A DNA stretch of 64,000 bases from Actinomycetota bacterium (GCA_046730475.1 JBKPIY010000005.1:5187-69186); one strand, 5' to 3'; positions 44,016-53,137 are shown, numbered from the stretch's first letter. Notes: generated from the letters alone by a model not told the origin. Program-made: numbers and translations.

Positions 44016-45744
44016 GCGGGCGAGCATGCGCGAGGGCCCCCTCGCCGATCTCTTCCGCTCCACCGAGGGCTCGCTGGCCGATCAGGAGGTGCGGGTGACC
44101 GCCGCCAAGCGCAACTCCGCATCCCGCGGCGATGTCGCCGTCGCCGAGGCCCAGCCCGAGGTCGAGGCCACCCGGACGAGGGCCCGAGAAGCCGAGGCCG
44201 AGGTGTTGCAGCCCGAGGTCGAGGTTCCACAGCCCGAGCCCGTCCCCGAGCCCACGCCCGAGCCGATGCCCGAGCCGATGCCCGAGCCGATCCCGGAGCC
44301 CACCCCGGACCCGCAGCCCGAGCCCCCCGACCCGGATCCGGGCCAGCCCGAGCCCGTGATCGAGCGTCACCGGACCGGCTCCCACGAGGTCGTCGAGCGG
44401 CCGAGCCCCAACCACGAGGGCCTCGAAGGGCTGATGGGCCGCGGTGGGCGGGCCGGGGAGCGCCCCGCCTTCGGTCGCGACGAGCCGGACATGGCGCGCA
44501 ACACGACCAACACGACCGTCCCCCGCACCCACCGAGCCGTGCTCCGGGTCGTCGGTGTCGGGGGCGCCGGGGTGAACGCGGTCAACCGGATGATCGAGGC
44601 CGAGGTGCCGGGGGTCGAGTTCGTCGCCATCAACACCGATCTTCAGTCGCTTCAGACGTCGGCCGCCGACACCTGCCTGCAGATCGGCGCCGATCTCACC
44701 CGCGGGCTCGGCTCCGGCTCGGATCCGCGAGTCGGATACCGCGCCGCCTTCGACGAGCAGGACAGGATCCGGAGCATCCTCAAGGGCTCTGACATGGTCT
44801 ACATCGCGGCGGGAGCGGGCGGCGGCACCGGGACCGGTGCCGGCCCCGTGGTCGCGAGGCTCGCCCGCGACGTCGGCGCCCTCACGGTGGCCGCGGTGAC
44901 CAAGCCGTTCAGCTTCGAGGGGGCGCGCCGCGCCGCCCAGGCCGAGGAGGGAATCGCCGCCCTCGGCGCCGAGGTCGACACCTTGATCGTCGTCCCGAAC
45001 GAGCGCCTGCTCCAGATCCTCGAGCGGCGGACCTCGATCCAGGACGCCTTCCGGGTCGCCGACGACGTCCTGCGCCAGGCGGTCCAGGGGATCTCCGACC
45101 TGGTGATGCTCCCCGGCCTGATCAACCTGGACTTCGCCGACGTTCGCACCACGATGGTGGAGGCTGGCGACGCGATCCTCGGGATCGGCATGGGCGTCGG
45201 CGAGCACCGCGCAGTGCTCGCCGCCGAGAAGGCAGTCTCCTCGCCGCTCTTGGACTGCTCGGTCGAAGGGGCCCAGTCGCTGCTCCTCTCGATCACCGGC
45301 GGCGGCGACCTGTCGCTGGTCGAGGCGAGCGAGGCGGCGGAGATCGTCCGGGAGGCCGCTCATCCCGACGCCAACATCATCTTCGGCGCCGGCATCGACG
45401 AGGACATGCGCGGCGAGGTCTGGGTGACGGTGATCGCCACCCGGTTCGAGTCCGCCTACGCGCACCGGCATCGGCGTGATCGCGACCACCGTCCGCGGGA
45501 GCCGCGAGGCGGACGCGGCCCGGACGCCGACCCGACCGACAAACGGGCCGCGTGGGAGCGCCGCTGGGCGGGCGAGGAGCTCTACGACGCCGACCGCCAC
45601 CAGGACCGCGGCCGCCAGGGCGACCGTGCCGTCAGAGATCTTCGGGCCGAGTCCCCGGAGCGCGACCGACCCCCGCTCCAGCCGGGCACCGGCCTCGGGG
45701 GCGGGCTGGTCGTGGACGCTCCCGAGTTCATCCCCGGTCACTAG
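44005..45744 (+). CDS. ftsZ: cell division GTPase FtsZ with about 160-aa N-terminal extension
   Basis: Canonical core: VVGVGGAGVNAVNRMI, GGGTGTGAGPVVA, NLDFADV. C-terminal peptide DAPEFIP. The ATG at 44005 is preceded by AAGGAGG (43989-95, 9-nt spacer) and overlaps parA-like by 11 nt. GC3 stays high through the extension. Confidence 0.9.
   Translation: MARKRASMREGPLADLFRSTEGSLADQEVRVTAAKRNSASRGDVAVAEAQPEVEATRTRAREAEAEVLQPEVEVPQPEPVPEPTPEPMPEPMPEPIPEPTPDPQPEPPDPDPGQPEPVIERHRTGSHEVVERPSPNHEGLEGLMGRGGRAGERPAFGRDEPDMARNTTNTTVPRTHRAVLRVVGVGGAGVNAVNRMIEAEVPGVEFVAINTDLQSLQTSAADTCLQIGADLTRGLGSGSDPRVGYRAAFDEQDRIRSILKGSDMVYIAAGAGGGTGTGAGPVVARLARDVGALTVAAVTKPFSFEGARRAAQAEEGIAALGAEVDTLIVVPNERLLQILERRTSIQDAFRVADDVLRQAVQGISDLVMLPGLINLDFADVRTTMVEAGDAILGIGMGVGEHRAVLAAEKAVSSPLLDCSVEGAQSLLLSITGGGDLSLVEASEAAEIVREAAHPDANIIFGAGIDEDMRGEVWVTVIATRFESAYAHRHRRDRDHRPREPRGGRGPDADPTDKRAAWERRWAGEELYDADRHQDRGRQGDRAVRDLRAESPERDRPPLQPGTGLGGGLVVDAPEFIPGH
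44230..44355 (+). repeat. degenerate 6-nt/12-nt tandem repeat (CCCGAGCCN) encoding a Pro-Glu-Pro linker in FtsZ
   Basis: cagcccgagcccgtccccgagcccacgcccgagccgatgcccgagccgatgcccgagccgatcccggagccc... translates to QPEPVPEPTPEPMPEPMPEPIPEPTPDPQPEPPDPDPGQPEP. Confidence 0.85.
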
Positions 45745-45811
45745 ATCGCCGCCGGCTCCGGTCCGGACCGAACTGCGTCGCGGCCGCCCGGCGACCTAGG
45801 CTGCCGGGGAG

Positions 45812-47398
45812 ATGGTCAGCGCGAAGGGAGTCGTAGCCGCCGGGCATCCGGTGACCGCTGAGGCCGGAGGGGATGTCCTACGGAAGGGGGGAAACGCCGT
45901 CGACGCCGCGGTCGCCGCGGTGCTCACCTCGTTCGTCACCGAGAGTCCGCTGACCGGCTTCGGGGCGGGCGGGTTCATGCTCGTCCACGACCCCGGTAGG
46001 GAGGACGTCCTGATCGACTTCTTCGTCGCCGCGGGCGGCGCCGACGGGGTCGAGCGTGGTGCCGAGCTCGTTCCGGTCCCGGTCTACTTCGACGAGACGC
46101 CGCAGACCTTCAACGTCGGAGCGCCCTCGTGCGGGGTGCCCGGCAACCCCGCCGGCCTGGAGCGGGCGGTAGAGCGCTTCGGGTCGATGCCGATCTCGGA
46201 TCTGATCGTCGACGGGGTGCGGCTGGCGCGCGAGGGGGTCGAGGTGAACGCCCAGCAGGCCTACATCTTCGAGATCCTGACGCCGATCCTCACCTCGACG
46301 CCCGAGTCGGCCGCCCTGTACGCCCCCGAGGGGCGGATGCCGCGCCAGGGAGACACCTTCCGCTATCCCGAGATGGCGGACGCGCTCGAGCGCTTCGCTG
46401 CGGAGGGGGCGGAGCCCTTCTACACCGGCGAGGTCGGGCGGGTCGTATGCGAGTGGGTTCGAGAGCGAGGCGGGACGCTCGGGATCGACGACATGGGCGA
46501 CTACGCGCCGATCGAGCGCGAGCCGATCCGGATCCCGTTCCGCGGCGCCGAGGTGCTCACCAACCCGCCCGCCTCCTCGGGCGGGATCCTGATCGCTTTC
46601 GCTCTCGGGCTCCTGGAGCGGCTGGGCGAGCGGAGCGGGGTCGAGGAGGTGGTGGCGGCGATGGAGGCGGCGAACGCCGCCAGGGGCGAGGCGTTCCACG
46701 AGGGGCTCCATCAGGAGGGCTACGCGGCTCGCTTCCTCGACCCGGCGCGGTTCGACCGGGTCGCCGAGCGGATCCGCGGCGGCGGCTGGGCCGGGGGAGC
46801 CGGTGGAGCCGGGGGGCCCGGCGACGCAGCCGACCCCGGCGACAGATTGGGGTCGACCACCCACATCGCGGCCCTCGACGCGAACGGGATGTGCGCCTCG
46901 GTCACCTGCTCGAACGGGACCTGCTCGGGGATGCTGGTGCCCGGCACCGGGGTGCACCTGAACAACATGCTCGGCGAGGAGGATCTGAACCCTCACGGCT
47001 TCCACCTGATCCCGCCCGGCCGCCGGGTGAGCTCGATGATGTCGCCGAGCGCCGTCCTCGATCGCGGGGAGATCGAGGTCGGCCTCGGCAGCGCCGGCTC
47101 CAACCGGATCCGCTCGGCGATCCTCCAGGTGATCCTCAGGGTGATCGAGGACGGCATGGAGGCCGGGGAGGCGGTGCGAGCGGGCCGGCTCCACTTCGAG
47201 GCGGGGATCGTCCAGGCCGAGCCCGATGTCGACCAAGACGGCCTCGTCCGGCTCGAACGGCGCGGCGTCCCGGTGGTCCGATGGCGCCGGCAGAACCTCT
47301 ACTTCGGAGGCTGCCAGGCGGTTGTCCGCGACCCCGACTCCGGAGAGCTCTCGGGCGGCGGCGACCCCCGCCGGGGCGGCGCCGTGACCCTCGCCTAG
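45812..47398 (+). CDS. ggt: gamma-glutamyltransferase family protein
   Basis: KGVVAAGHPVTAEAGGDVLRKGGNAVDAAVAA and the autoprocessing/nucleophile context LGSTTHIAALD. Confidence 0.9.
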   Translation: MVSAKGVVAAGHPVTAEAGGDVLRKGGNAVDAAVAAVLTSFVTESPLTGFGAGGFMLVHDPGREDVLIDFFVAAGGADGVERGAELVPVPVYFDETPQTFNVGAPSCGVPGNPAGLERAVERFGSMPISDLIVDGVRLAREGVEVNAQQAYIFEILTPILTSTPESAALYAPEGRMPRQGDTFRYPEMADALERFAAEGAEPFYTGEVGRVVCEWVRERGGTLGIDDMGDYAPIEREPIRIPFRGAEVLTNPPASSGGILIAFALGLLERLGERSGVEEVVAAMEAANAARGEAFHEGLHQEGYAARFLDPARFDRVAERIRGGGWAGGAGGAGGPGDAADPGDRLGSTTHIAALDANGMCASVTCSNGTCSGMLVPGTGVHLNNMLGEEDLNPHGFHLIPPGRRVSSMMSPSAVLDRGEIEVGLGSAGSNRIRSAILQVILRVIEDGMEAGEAVRAGRLHFEAGIVQAEPDVDQDGLVRLERRGVPVVRWRRQNLYFGGCQAVVRDPDSGELSGGGDPRRGGAVTLA

Positions 47399-47423
47399 CG
47401 GCCCGGACGGCGGCTGAGGATTC

Positions 47424-48044
47424 TCAGCCGAACTCGACCTTGCCGTTCGAGCGGGCGCGCTCGGCGATCTCCTCGCTGTCCGCGAGGGCCTTCTCGACCG
47501 CCCTCAGCGCCTTGCCCAGGAGGGCCATCCGCTGGTCCTCGTCGCGCAGCTCGAGCAGCCGCTGCTTGGTCTCGACCGGGAGCTCGATCCGCGCCGCGAT
47601 CGCGTAGGCGCTCGCCGCCTCCAGCTCCTCGGGGGCGGGGCGCTCGCCGGTGGCGCGCTCGGCGAGCTCCGCGAACGCGTCGCGTGCCGCGCCCGCGGCG
47701 CCCTCGTCGATCGCGGCCGCCTCGTCCTCGGAGATCAACTCGACCTCGCCGGCGGGGTAGTCCGGGGCCTCGAATCGATCGAGCACCCGGAACGGGTCCT
47801 CACCGCTGACGACGACGTTCATCCGGCCGTCGTCGAAGCGCTCGAGCACCTCGTCGACCCTGGCCGTGCAGCCGACTCGCCGCGCCCCCTCATCGTCGTG
47901 GAAGACGATCCCGAAGGGCTCGTCCTCCTCGAGCGCATGACCGACCATCCGCTTGTAGCGCTCCTCGAAGATGTGGAGGGGAATCCGCTCCCCGGGCAGG
48001 AGGACGGCCTCGAGCTCGAAGATGGGAAGCTCCCGGCCTGCCAT
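47424..48044 (-). CDS. LON substrate-binding (Lon N-terminal) domain protein
   Basis: LPIFELEAVLLPGERIPLHIFEERYKRMV...FGIVF...GCTARV...DGRMNVVVSGEDPFRV. Confidence 0.7.
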   Translation of the reverse strand: MAGRELPIFELEAVLLPGERIPLHIFEERYKRMVGHALEEDEPFGIVFHDDEGARRVGCTARVDEVLERFDDGRMNVVVSGEDPFRVLDRFEAPDYPAGEVELISEDEAAAIDEGAAGAARDAFAELAERATGERPAPEELEAASAYAIAARIELPVETKQRLLELRDEDQRMALLGKALRAVEKALADSEEIAERARSNGKVEFG

Positions 48045-48101
48045 TCCTCGATTGTACGGAGGGATCGGGGCCGGCCCCGGCCGGGCGTCCTCTCGGTGAG
48101 A

Positions 48102-49241
48102 ATGACCGCCGTGAGCGAGATCGACTTCGAGGCCGAGGGCCTGTTGGACGGGGTGAGCGGGAAGGCACGGGGGGAGAGGCTCGTCCTGCTCGACGAGCTC
48201 GCCCGCGATGGGGTATCGCTCGAGGAGCTCCGCCAGGCGGTGGGCGAGGACCGGCTCGCCCTCCTCCCCGCCGAGCGGGTCCTCTCGGCGGACGGCGGGC
48301 GCTACACGCTCGCCGAGGTGGCGGAGGCCGCCGGGCTCGATCTCGACTTCCTGCGCCGGCAGCGCCAGGCGCTCGGGCTCCCGGTTTCGACCGGCGACGA
48401 GCCCGACGCGACCTCCGAGGACCTCGAGGCGGCTCGGCGGGCGCGGGCCTTCCTCGACGCCGGCCTGTCCGAGGAAGGGATGCTCGAGGTGACTCGGGTA
48501 ATCGGGATGTCCGTCGCCCAGGTGGCGGCGGCGATCCGCCAGCTGATCGCCGACTCCTACGTCGAGGCGGGGGTGACCGAGCGCGAGCTCGGGCTGCGCC
48601 TCGCGCGGGCGGCTCGCGAGCTGGCCCCGCTCGCCGGATCGGTGCTTCGGTATGCCCTCGGGCTGCATCTGCGCGAGCAGGTTCGCCACGACGTGATCGC
48701 CGGAACCGAGGTCGCCGCCGGGCGGCTTCCGGGCGCCAGCGAGGTGGCCGTCTGCTTCGCCGACCTGGTCGGATTCACGCGCCTTGGCGAGCGCCTGGAG
48801 GCCGAGGAGATCGGCGGCCTCGCCGGCCGCCTGAGTGAGATCGCAACCGAGGCCGCGAGGCCCCCGGTCCGCCTGGTGAAGATGCTCGGCGACGCCGCGA
48901 TGCTCGTTTCCCCCGATACCGACGCGCTGCTCGAGGCCGCGCTCGCGCTGATCGAGACGCCCGAAGCCGACGAGCGGGTGCCGCCGCTGAAGGCGGGGAT
49001 CGCCCGGGGAGAGGCGCTCGCCCGCGGTGGCGACTGGTACGGGCGCCCGGTGAACCTCGCCAGCCGGATCAGCGCCGTCGCCCGGCCGAGCAGCGTCCTC
49101 GTCTCGGCCGAAGTCGCCGAGCGCGCCGGCGAGGACTTCAGGTTCTCCCCTGCCGGCCGGCGGCGGTTCAAGGGGATCAGGGGCGAGGTCAGCCTTCGCC
49201 GGGCTCGGCGCGCCCATCCCGACGGCGCCGGCTCTTCCTGA
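48102..49241 (+). CDS. class III adenylate/guanylate cyclase domain protein
   Basis: C-terminal cyclase domain VAVCFADLVGFTRLGE...VKMLGDAAMLV...GIARGEALARGGDWYGRPVNLASRI...FKGIRGEV. The N-terminal roughly 200 aa are unassigned. Confidence 0.8.
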   Translation: MTAVSEIDFEAEGLLDGVSGKARGERLVLLDELARDGVSLEELRQAVGEDRLALLPAERVLSADGGRYTLAEVAEAAGLDLDFLRRQRQALGLPVSTGDEPDATSEDLEAARRARAFLDAGLSEEGMLEVTRVIGMSVAQVAAAIRQLIADSYVEAGVTERELGLRLARAARELAPLAGSVLRYALGLHLREQVRHDVIAGTEVAAGRLPGASEVAVCFADLVGFTRLGERLEAEEIGGLAGRLSEIATEAARPPVRLVKMLGDAAMLVSPDTDALLEAALALIETPEADERVPPLKAGIARGEALARGGDWYGRPVNLASRISAVARPSSVLVSAEVAERAGEDFRFSPAGRRRFKGIRGEVSLRRARRAHPDGAGSS

Positions 49242-49339
49242 CCGGAGGCGGGCATCACCTGCAACCGCTCCTTGAACGATGGGCCGAAACCGCCGCGTAA
49301 TGGTGAGCAGGCCCGAGCGTCTGTAGGCAAGGTGAGTAG

Positions 49340-51073
49340 ATGGCTCTTCTGATCCTGTTCGCGCTGGTGGCGGGCGCGGCGACGGCGCTGTCCCCTTGCG
49401 TGCTTCCGATCCTGCCCGCGGTGCTGTCGGCGGGAGTAACCGGTGGCCGCCGGCGCCCGCTCGGGGTCGTCAGCGGGCTCGCGCTCTCGTTCAGCTTCGC
49501 CATCGTCGCCCTCGTCTACGTGATCCACGCCCTCGGGCTCCCGAACGACATCGCCCGGACGGTCGCGATCGTCGTCCTCGCCGGGTTCGGGATCTCGCTG
49601 CTGGTGCCGCCGATCGGCGATCGAATCGAGGCCTGGCTCACCGCGATCGTGCCGAGACCGGCGCGGACGGGAGGAGAGGGGTTCGGCTCGGGACTGGTCC
49701 TGGGGGCGAGCCTGGGGCTGGTCTACGCCCCCTGCGCCGGCCCGATCCTGGCCGGGGTGATCACCGTGTCCGCCGCCCAGGACTTCACCGCCGGGCGGCT
49801 CGCGGTCGCCCTCGCCTACGCCTCCGGCTCCGCGGCGGCCCTCTACGCCCTCCTGCTCGGCGGCCGGCGGCTGACCGCCCGCCTGGCGCCGGTCCGGGGC
49901 CAGGTCCAGGTGCTGATGGGGGCGGTGATGGTGCTGGTGGCGGTGGCGATGAGCGCCAACCTCGACACCCGGTTTCAGACCGCGATCGCCGGCGAGTTGC
50001 CCGCGTTCCTGGTGAACCCGAGCGGGGAGCTCGAGAAGAGCGGCGCGGTCAGCGCGGACCTCGCCGAGGTGCGCGGCGGTCACGGGCCGATCGCCCCCGA
50101 CGACGCCCGGTCGCTCGACCGGGCGGTGAAGCTCCCGGTCTACGGCCGGGCCCCCGAGTTCGTCGACAACCAACGCTGGTTCAACAGCCCCGGCGGCCGG
50201 CCGCTGACGATGGCGGGCCTGCGCGGGCGGGTGGTCCTGATCGACTTCTGGACCTACACCTGCATCAACTGCATCCGCACCCTGCCCTACATGGAGGCCT
50301 GGGATCGCAAGTACGGCGACAGGGGCCTGACGATCGTCGGCGTCCACTCTCCCGAGTTCCCGTTCGAGAAGGATGCGGGCAACGTCGAGGACGCGATCCA
50401 CCAGAACGGCCTCACCTATCCCGTCGTCCAGGACAACGATCTCGCCACCTGGACGGCGTGGGGCAACCAGTACTGGCCCGCCGACTACCTGGTCGACGCC
50501 ACCGGCCACGTCCGCGACGCCCATTTCGGCGAGGGGGACTACAGCCAGACCGAGCGCGCGATCCGCACCCTCCTTCGCGAGGCGGGTCACAACGATCTCG
50601 GCGGCCGAGCCCACGCCCAGGCCCAGGTCGCATCCAAGGGAGTTCTGACGCCGGAGAGCTATCTCGGCGCCGCCCGGGCCCAGCGGTTCGCGAACGGGCC
50701 GATCACGCCGACCACGCGCGACTTCGGCTCGGTGCCCGCCTCGCTCCCCGCCAACGACCTCGCCTACGGGGGTCGCTGGACGATCACCGCGGAGGCGGCG
50801 ACGGCCGTCCGCAATGCCCGCCTCGATCTCGAGTTCGCCGCCAAGAGGGTGTTCCTGGTGCTCGGCTCGCCGGGGGGGCCGCGGGACCTCCGCGTCTACC
50901 TCGACGGGCACCCGATCCCGAACCGGTTTGCCGGCGAGGACGTCCACGCAGGAGTCGCCTTGGTCTCCGCTCAGCGCCTCTACCGGCTCGTCGACCTCGC
51001 CCGGGCCGGCGGCCATCGGCTCAGCCTCCGGTTCGGGCCCGGGATCTCCGGCTACGCCTTCACTTTTGGGTAG
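49340..51073 (+). CDS. dipZ: DipZ-like protein: CcdA/DsbD membrane domain fused to thioredoxin-like and C-terminal beta domains
   Basis: ATALSPCVLPILP and YAPCAGPIL (CcdA Cys motifs), then FWTYTCINCIRTLPY (CxxC redoxin). Confidence 0.85.
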   Translation: MALLILFALVAGAATALSPCVLPILPAVLSAGVTGGRRRPLGVVSGLALSFSFAIVALVYVIHALGLPNDIARTVAIVVLAGFGISLLVPPIGDRIEAWLTAIVPRPARTGGEGFGSGLVLGASLGLVYAPCAGPILAGVITVSAAQDFTAGRLAVALAYASGSAAALYALLLGGRRLTARLAPVRGQVQVLMGAVMVLVAVAMSANLDTRFQTAIAGELPAFLVNPSGELEKSGAVSADLAEVRGGHGPIAPDDARSLDRAVKLPVYGRAPEFVDNQRWFNSPGGRPLTMAGLRGRVVLIDFWTYTCINCIRTLPYMEAWDRKYGDRGLTIVGVHSPEFPFEKDAGNVEDAIHQNGLTYPVVQDNDLATWTAWGNQYWPADYLVDATGHVRDAHFGEGDYSQTERAIRTLLREAGHNDLGGRAHAQAQVASKGVLTPESYLGAARAQRFANGPITPTTRDFGSVPASLPANDLAYGGRWTITAEAATAVRNARLDLEFAAKRVFLVLGSPGGPRDLRVYLDGHPIPNRFAGEDVHAGVALVSAQRLYRLVDLARAGGHRLSLRFGPGISGYAFTFG

Positions 51074-51156
51074 GCGGGCGGCCGCGCCGACCCGATTTGG
51101 CCAGTTGTACGTTGGAGAGGGAGCCCGGCGCCGCCGATGCAACCCTCGTGCTACGG

Positions 51157-51423
51157 ATGTCGAGCGCAACTGAGCCCGCCTGGCCCCAGCCCGGGAGCCT
51201 CGGCCTCACCGGGATAGAGGTCGACGGCGTCCCGTACGCCGCCACCCTCGGCGAGCTGGTGGCGGGGGTGATCGTTCTGGTCTGGGGGCTATCGATGGCC
51301 CTCGTCGGGCTCTTGGGGGTGCAGGCGGCCACGGACATCGCCCGCGCAGTCACCGTGGCCGGGATCGCCCTCGTACTGCTCGGCGGCGAGCAGCTCGAGC
51401 GCGAGATTCGCGGCCTGCGCTGA
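51157..51423 (+). CDS. small hypothetical membrane protein
   Basis: 88 aa with two hydrophobic segments (LVAGVIVLVWGLSMALVGLLGV, AVTVAGIALVLLGG). Weak support. Confidence 0.35.
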   Translation: MSSATEPAWPQPGSLGLTGIEVDGVPYAATLGELVAGVIVLVWGLSMALVGLLGVQAATDIARAVTVAGIALVLLGGEQLEREIRGLR

Positions 51424-51440
51424 GAGGCCCAGGCGCCGCG

Positions 51441-52349
51441 TCAGGGCCTGCGAGCCGAGATCAGGAGGTTGTAGAAGAGGGAGGCGGGGAGGCGGGGCTC
51501 GAGCACCGAGGCGTCGAAGCGCTGGAGGGCGAGGTAGCTGCGGAAGGCGAACCGTCGCCAGGCGGTCGGCACCTCGTCGGGCTGGGCGCTGCCCTCGAGG
51601 GTGCGCATCGTCCACCCGTGAACGTTGGCGAGGAGCTCCTCACCGCGGACGCGGACGGCGGAGAAGCCGGCCGCCCTGGCCAGGCGGTCGAGCTCGCCGG
51701 GCCGGAACGCGTGTACATCGACCTCGCCCTCGAGCTGGTGGCCGTCGTCGGCTTCCCCGGGGGCCGACCGCCGCCGAGAGGCCCGGACCGCGAGCCGCCA
51801 CAGCGGGGCGGCCGCCCGGGCCGTGTACTTGGGCAGGAGAGCGAGGCGGTCTCCGTAGCGCGAGGGCTCGCCGCAGAAGGCGAGGATCCCCCCGGGCTGG
51901 AGGACGCGATGGAACTCGGCGAAGGCGCGCGCGAGGTCGGGGACGTGGTGGAGAACGGCGTGGCCAAAGACGAGGTCAAAGCTCTCGTCCTCGAACGGAA
52001 GGTGCTCGGCCTCGGCCGTCTCGATCCGGACTCGGAGGTCGAGGCGGGTGGCGTTCTCTGAGAGGGCCGCGAGCATTCCCGGGGAGATGTCGGTTGCGGT
52101 CGCCCGCTCGATCACCCCGGCCTGGAGCAGGTTGAGCGAGAAGTAGCCCGTCCCCGCGCCGATCTCCAGGGCTTCGCCGAAGGGATCGGCCGGCCACCCG
52201 GCGAGCGCCTTCCGGAGCTTCCCGCGCACCTGCGCCTGGCCGACCTCGCCGAAGTCGATCCCCCACTTGGCGTCGTACTCGGAGGCGGCGGCGTCGTGGT
52301 AGTGCTCGTTGGCCGCCTTGATCTCCTCGTACCTCGCTCGCGCCTGCAT
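51441..52349 (-). CDS. class I SAM-dependent methyltransferase
   Basis: ALEIGAGTGYFSLNLLQ (motif I), FDLVFGHAVLHHV, LQPGGILAF. Confidence 0.8.
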   Translation of the reverse strand: MQARARYEEIKAANEHYHDAAASEYDAKWGIDFGEVGQAQVRGKLRKALAGWPADPFGEALEIGAGTGYFSLNLLQAGVIERATATDISPGMLAALSENATRLDLRVRIETAEAEHLPFEDESFDLVFGHAVLHHVPDLARAFAEFHRVLQPGGILAFCGEPSRYGDRLALLPKYTARAAAPLWRLAVRASRRRSAPGEADDGHQLEGEVDVHAFRPGELDRLARAAGFSAVRVRGEELLANVHGWTMRTLEGSAQPDEVPTAWRRFAFRSYLALQRFDASVLEPRLPASLFYNLLISARRP

Positions 52350-52384
52350 CGGCGGCGATCTTACGCGGCGATTGCGGCTACAAG

Positions 52385-53137
52385 TTGCGGATGAGCTACG
52401 TCCAGGAAGGCCAGCCGGAGGGGGTACCCCCGCTCGAGCTGACGGGCGAGCGCACCCTGCCCGACGTGCCCGAGGAGAACTACTGGTTCCGGCGCCACCT
52501 CGCCGTGTACGAGTGGATCGCGGACCGCTGCGGCGGGCTCCGGGTCGCCGACCTCGCCTGCGGCGAGGGTTACGGCGCCGACGTGCTCGCCCGCCGGGCG
52601 GCGGATGTGATCGGAGTGGACGCCAACCCGGAGGCGTTCGAGCACGCCCGGGCGCGTTACCGCCGCGAGAACCTGAGCTTTCGCCGGGGGCTGGTGGAGG
52701 AGTTCGACGAGCGCGTCGACGCCGTCGTCCTTCTGCAGACGATCGAGCACGTCCACGACCCGGAACGGCTCCTCCAGCGGATCGCCTCCGCCGCCCCGAT
52801 CGCCTACGTCTCCACCCCGAACCGGCTCACCCTCGCTCCGCCCGGCGCCCTGAAGTCAGACAACCCCTGGCACCTGCGCGAGTACGACCGGGGCCAGTAC
52901 CGCGCCCTGCTCGAGCCCCACTTCGCCCGGGTCGAGGTACTCGGCCTGTGTCACGCCCGCCGCCTTCGCGCCCACGAGCTCGCCCTCCGCCTCGGTTGGG
53001 ACCGCACCCACCGCGCGCTCCGCCTGACGAGGCTTTTCTACGACCGATTCGTCCCCTCGATCCGCTCCAGCGACTTCAGGCTGAAGCGGGACAACCTCGA
53101 TCGGGCGCTCGACTTCCTCGCGATCTGTCATGCCTGA
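52385..53137 (+). CDS. class I SAM-dependent methyltransferase (Rv3030-like position)
   Basis: VADLACGEGYGADVLA (motif I), VDAVVLLQTIEHV. Its stop overlaps the GH57 start. Confidence 0.8.
   Translation: MRMSYVQEGQPEGVPPLELTGERTLPDVPEENYWFRRHLAVYEWIADRCGGLRVADLACGEGYGADVLARRAADVIGVDANPEAFEHARARYRRENLSFRRGLVEEFDERVDAVVLLQTIEHVHDPERLLQRIASAAPIAYVSTPNRLTLAPPGALKSDNPWHLREYDRGQYRALLEPHFARVEVLGLCHARRLRAHELALRLGWDRTHRALRLTRLFYDRFVPSIRSSDFRLKRDNLDRALDFLAICHA

Noticed and set aside
44100-44360. Possible CRISPR or other spaced-repeat array (the Pro-Glu repeat region and the 18-bp repeats at 25911)
   Set aside because: The repeats are contiguous with no spacers, are 6-18 bp long, lie in frame within coding sequence, and have no cas genes nearby.
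43939-45741. 600-aa minus-strand ORF opposite ftsZ; also 37592-39538, 35750-37225, 32865-34052, 23764-25209, 7827-9524, 6593-7852, 5494-6660 and 12519-13796 (all minus-strand), and other long opposite-strand or alternative-frame ORFs
   Set aside because: Each lies opposite a gene with strong family signatures. They lack motifs, and their third-codon positions are not G/C-enriched the way those of the chosen frames are.
44491-45744. Conventional short FtsZ starting at ATG 44491
   Set aside because: Not excluded, but it has no SD. It would leave 475 nt of high-GC3, frame-consistent sequence unexplained. The ATG at 44005 has a consensus AAGGAGG at 9 nt. Kept as the alternative in the finding.
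48557-51169. 870-aa minus-strand ORF, and the 675-aa plus-strand ORF 49396-51423, overlapping dipZ and the cyclase
   Set aside because: The DipZ frame (49340-51073) carries the CcdA and CxxC motifs. The alternatives are Arg/Pro/Gly-rich shadows. Only the last 88 codons of the 49396 frame (51157-51423) were kept, as a weak small ORF.
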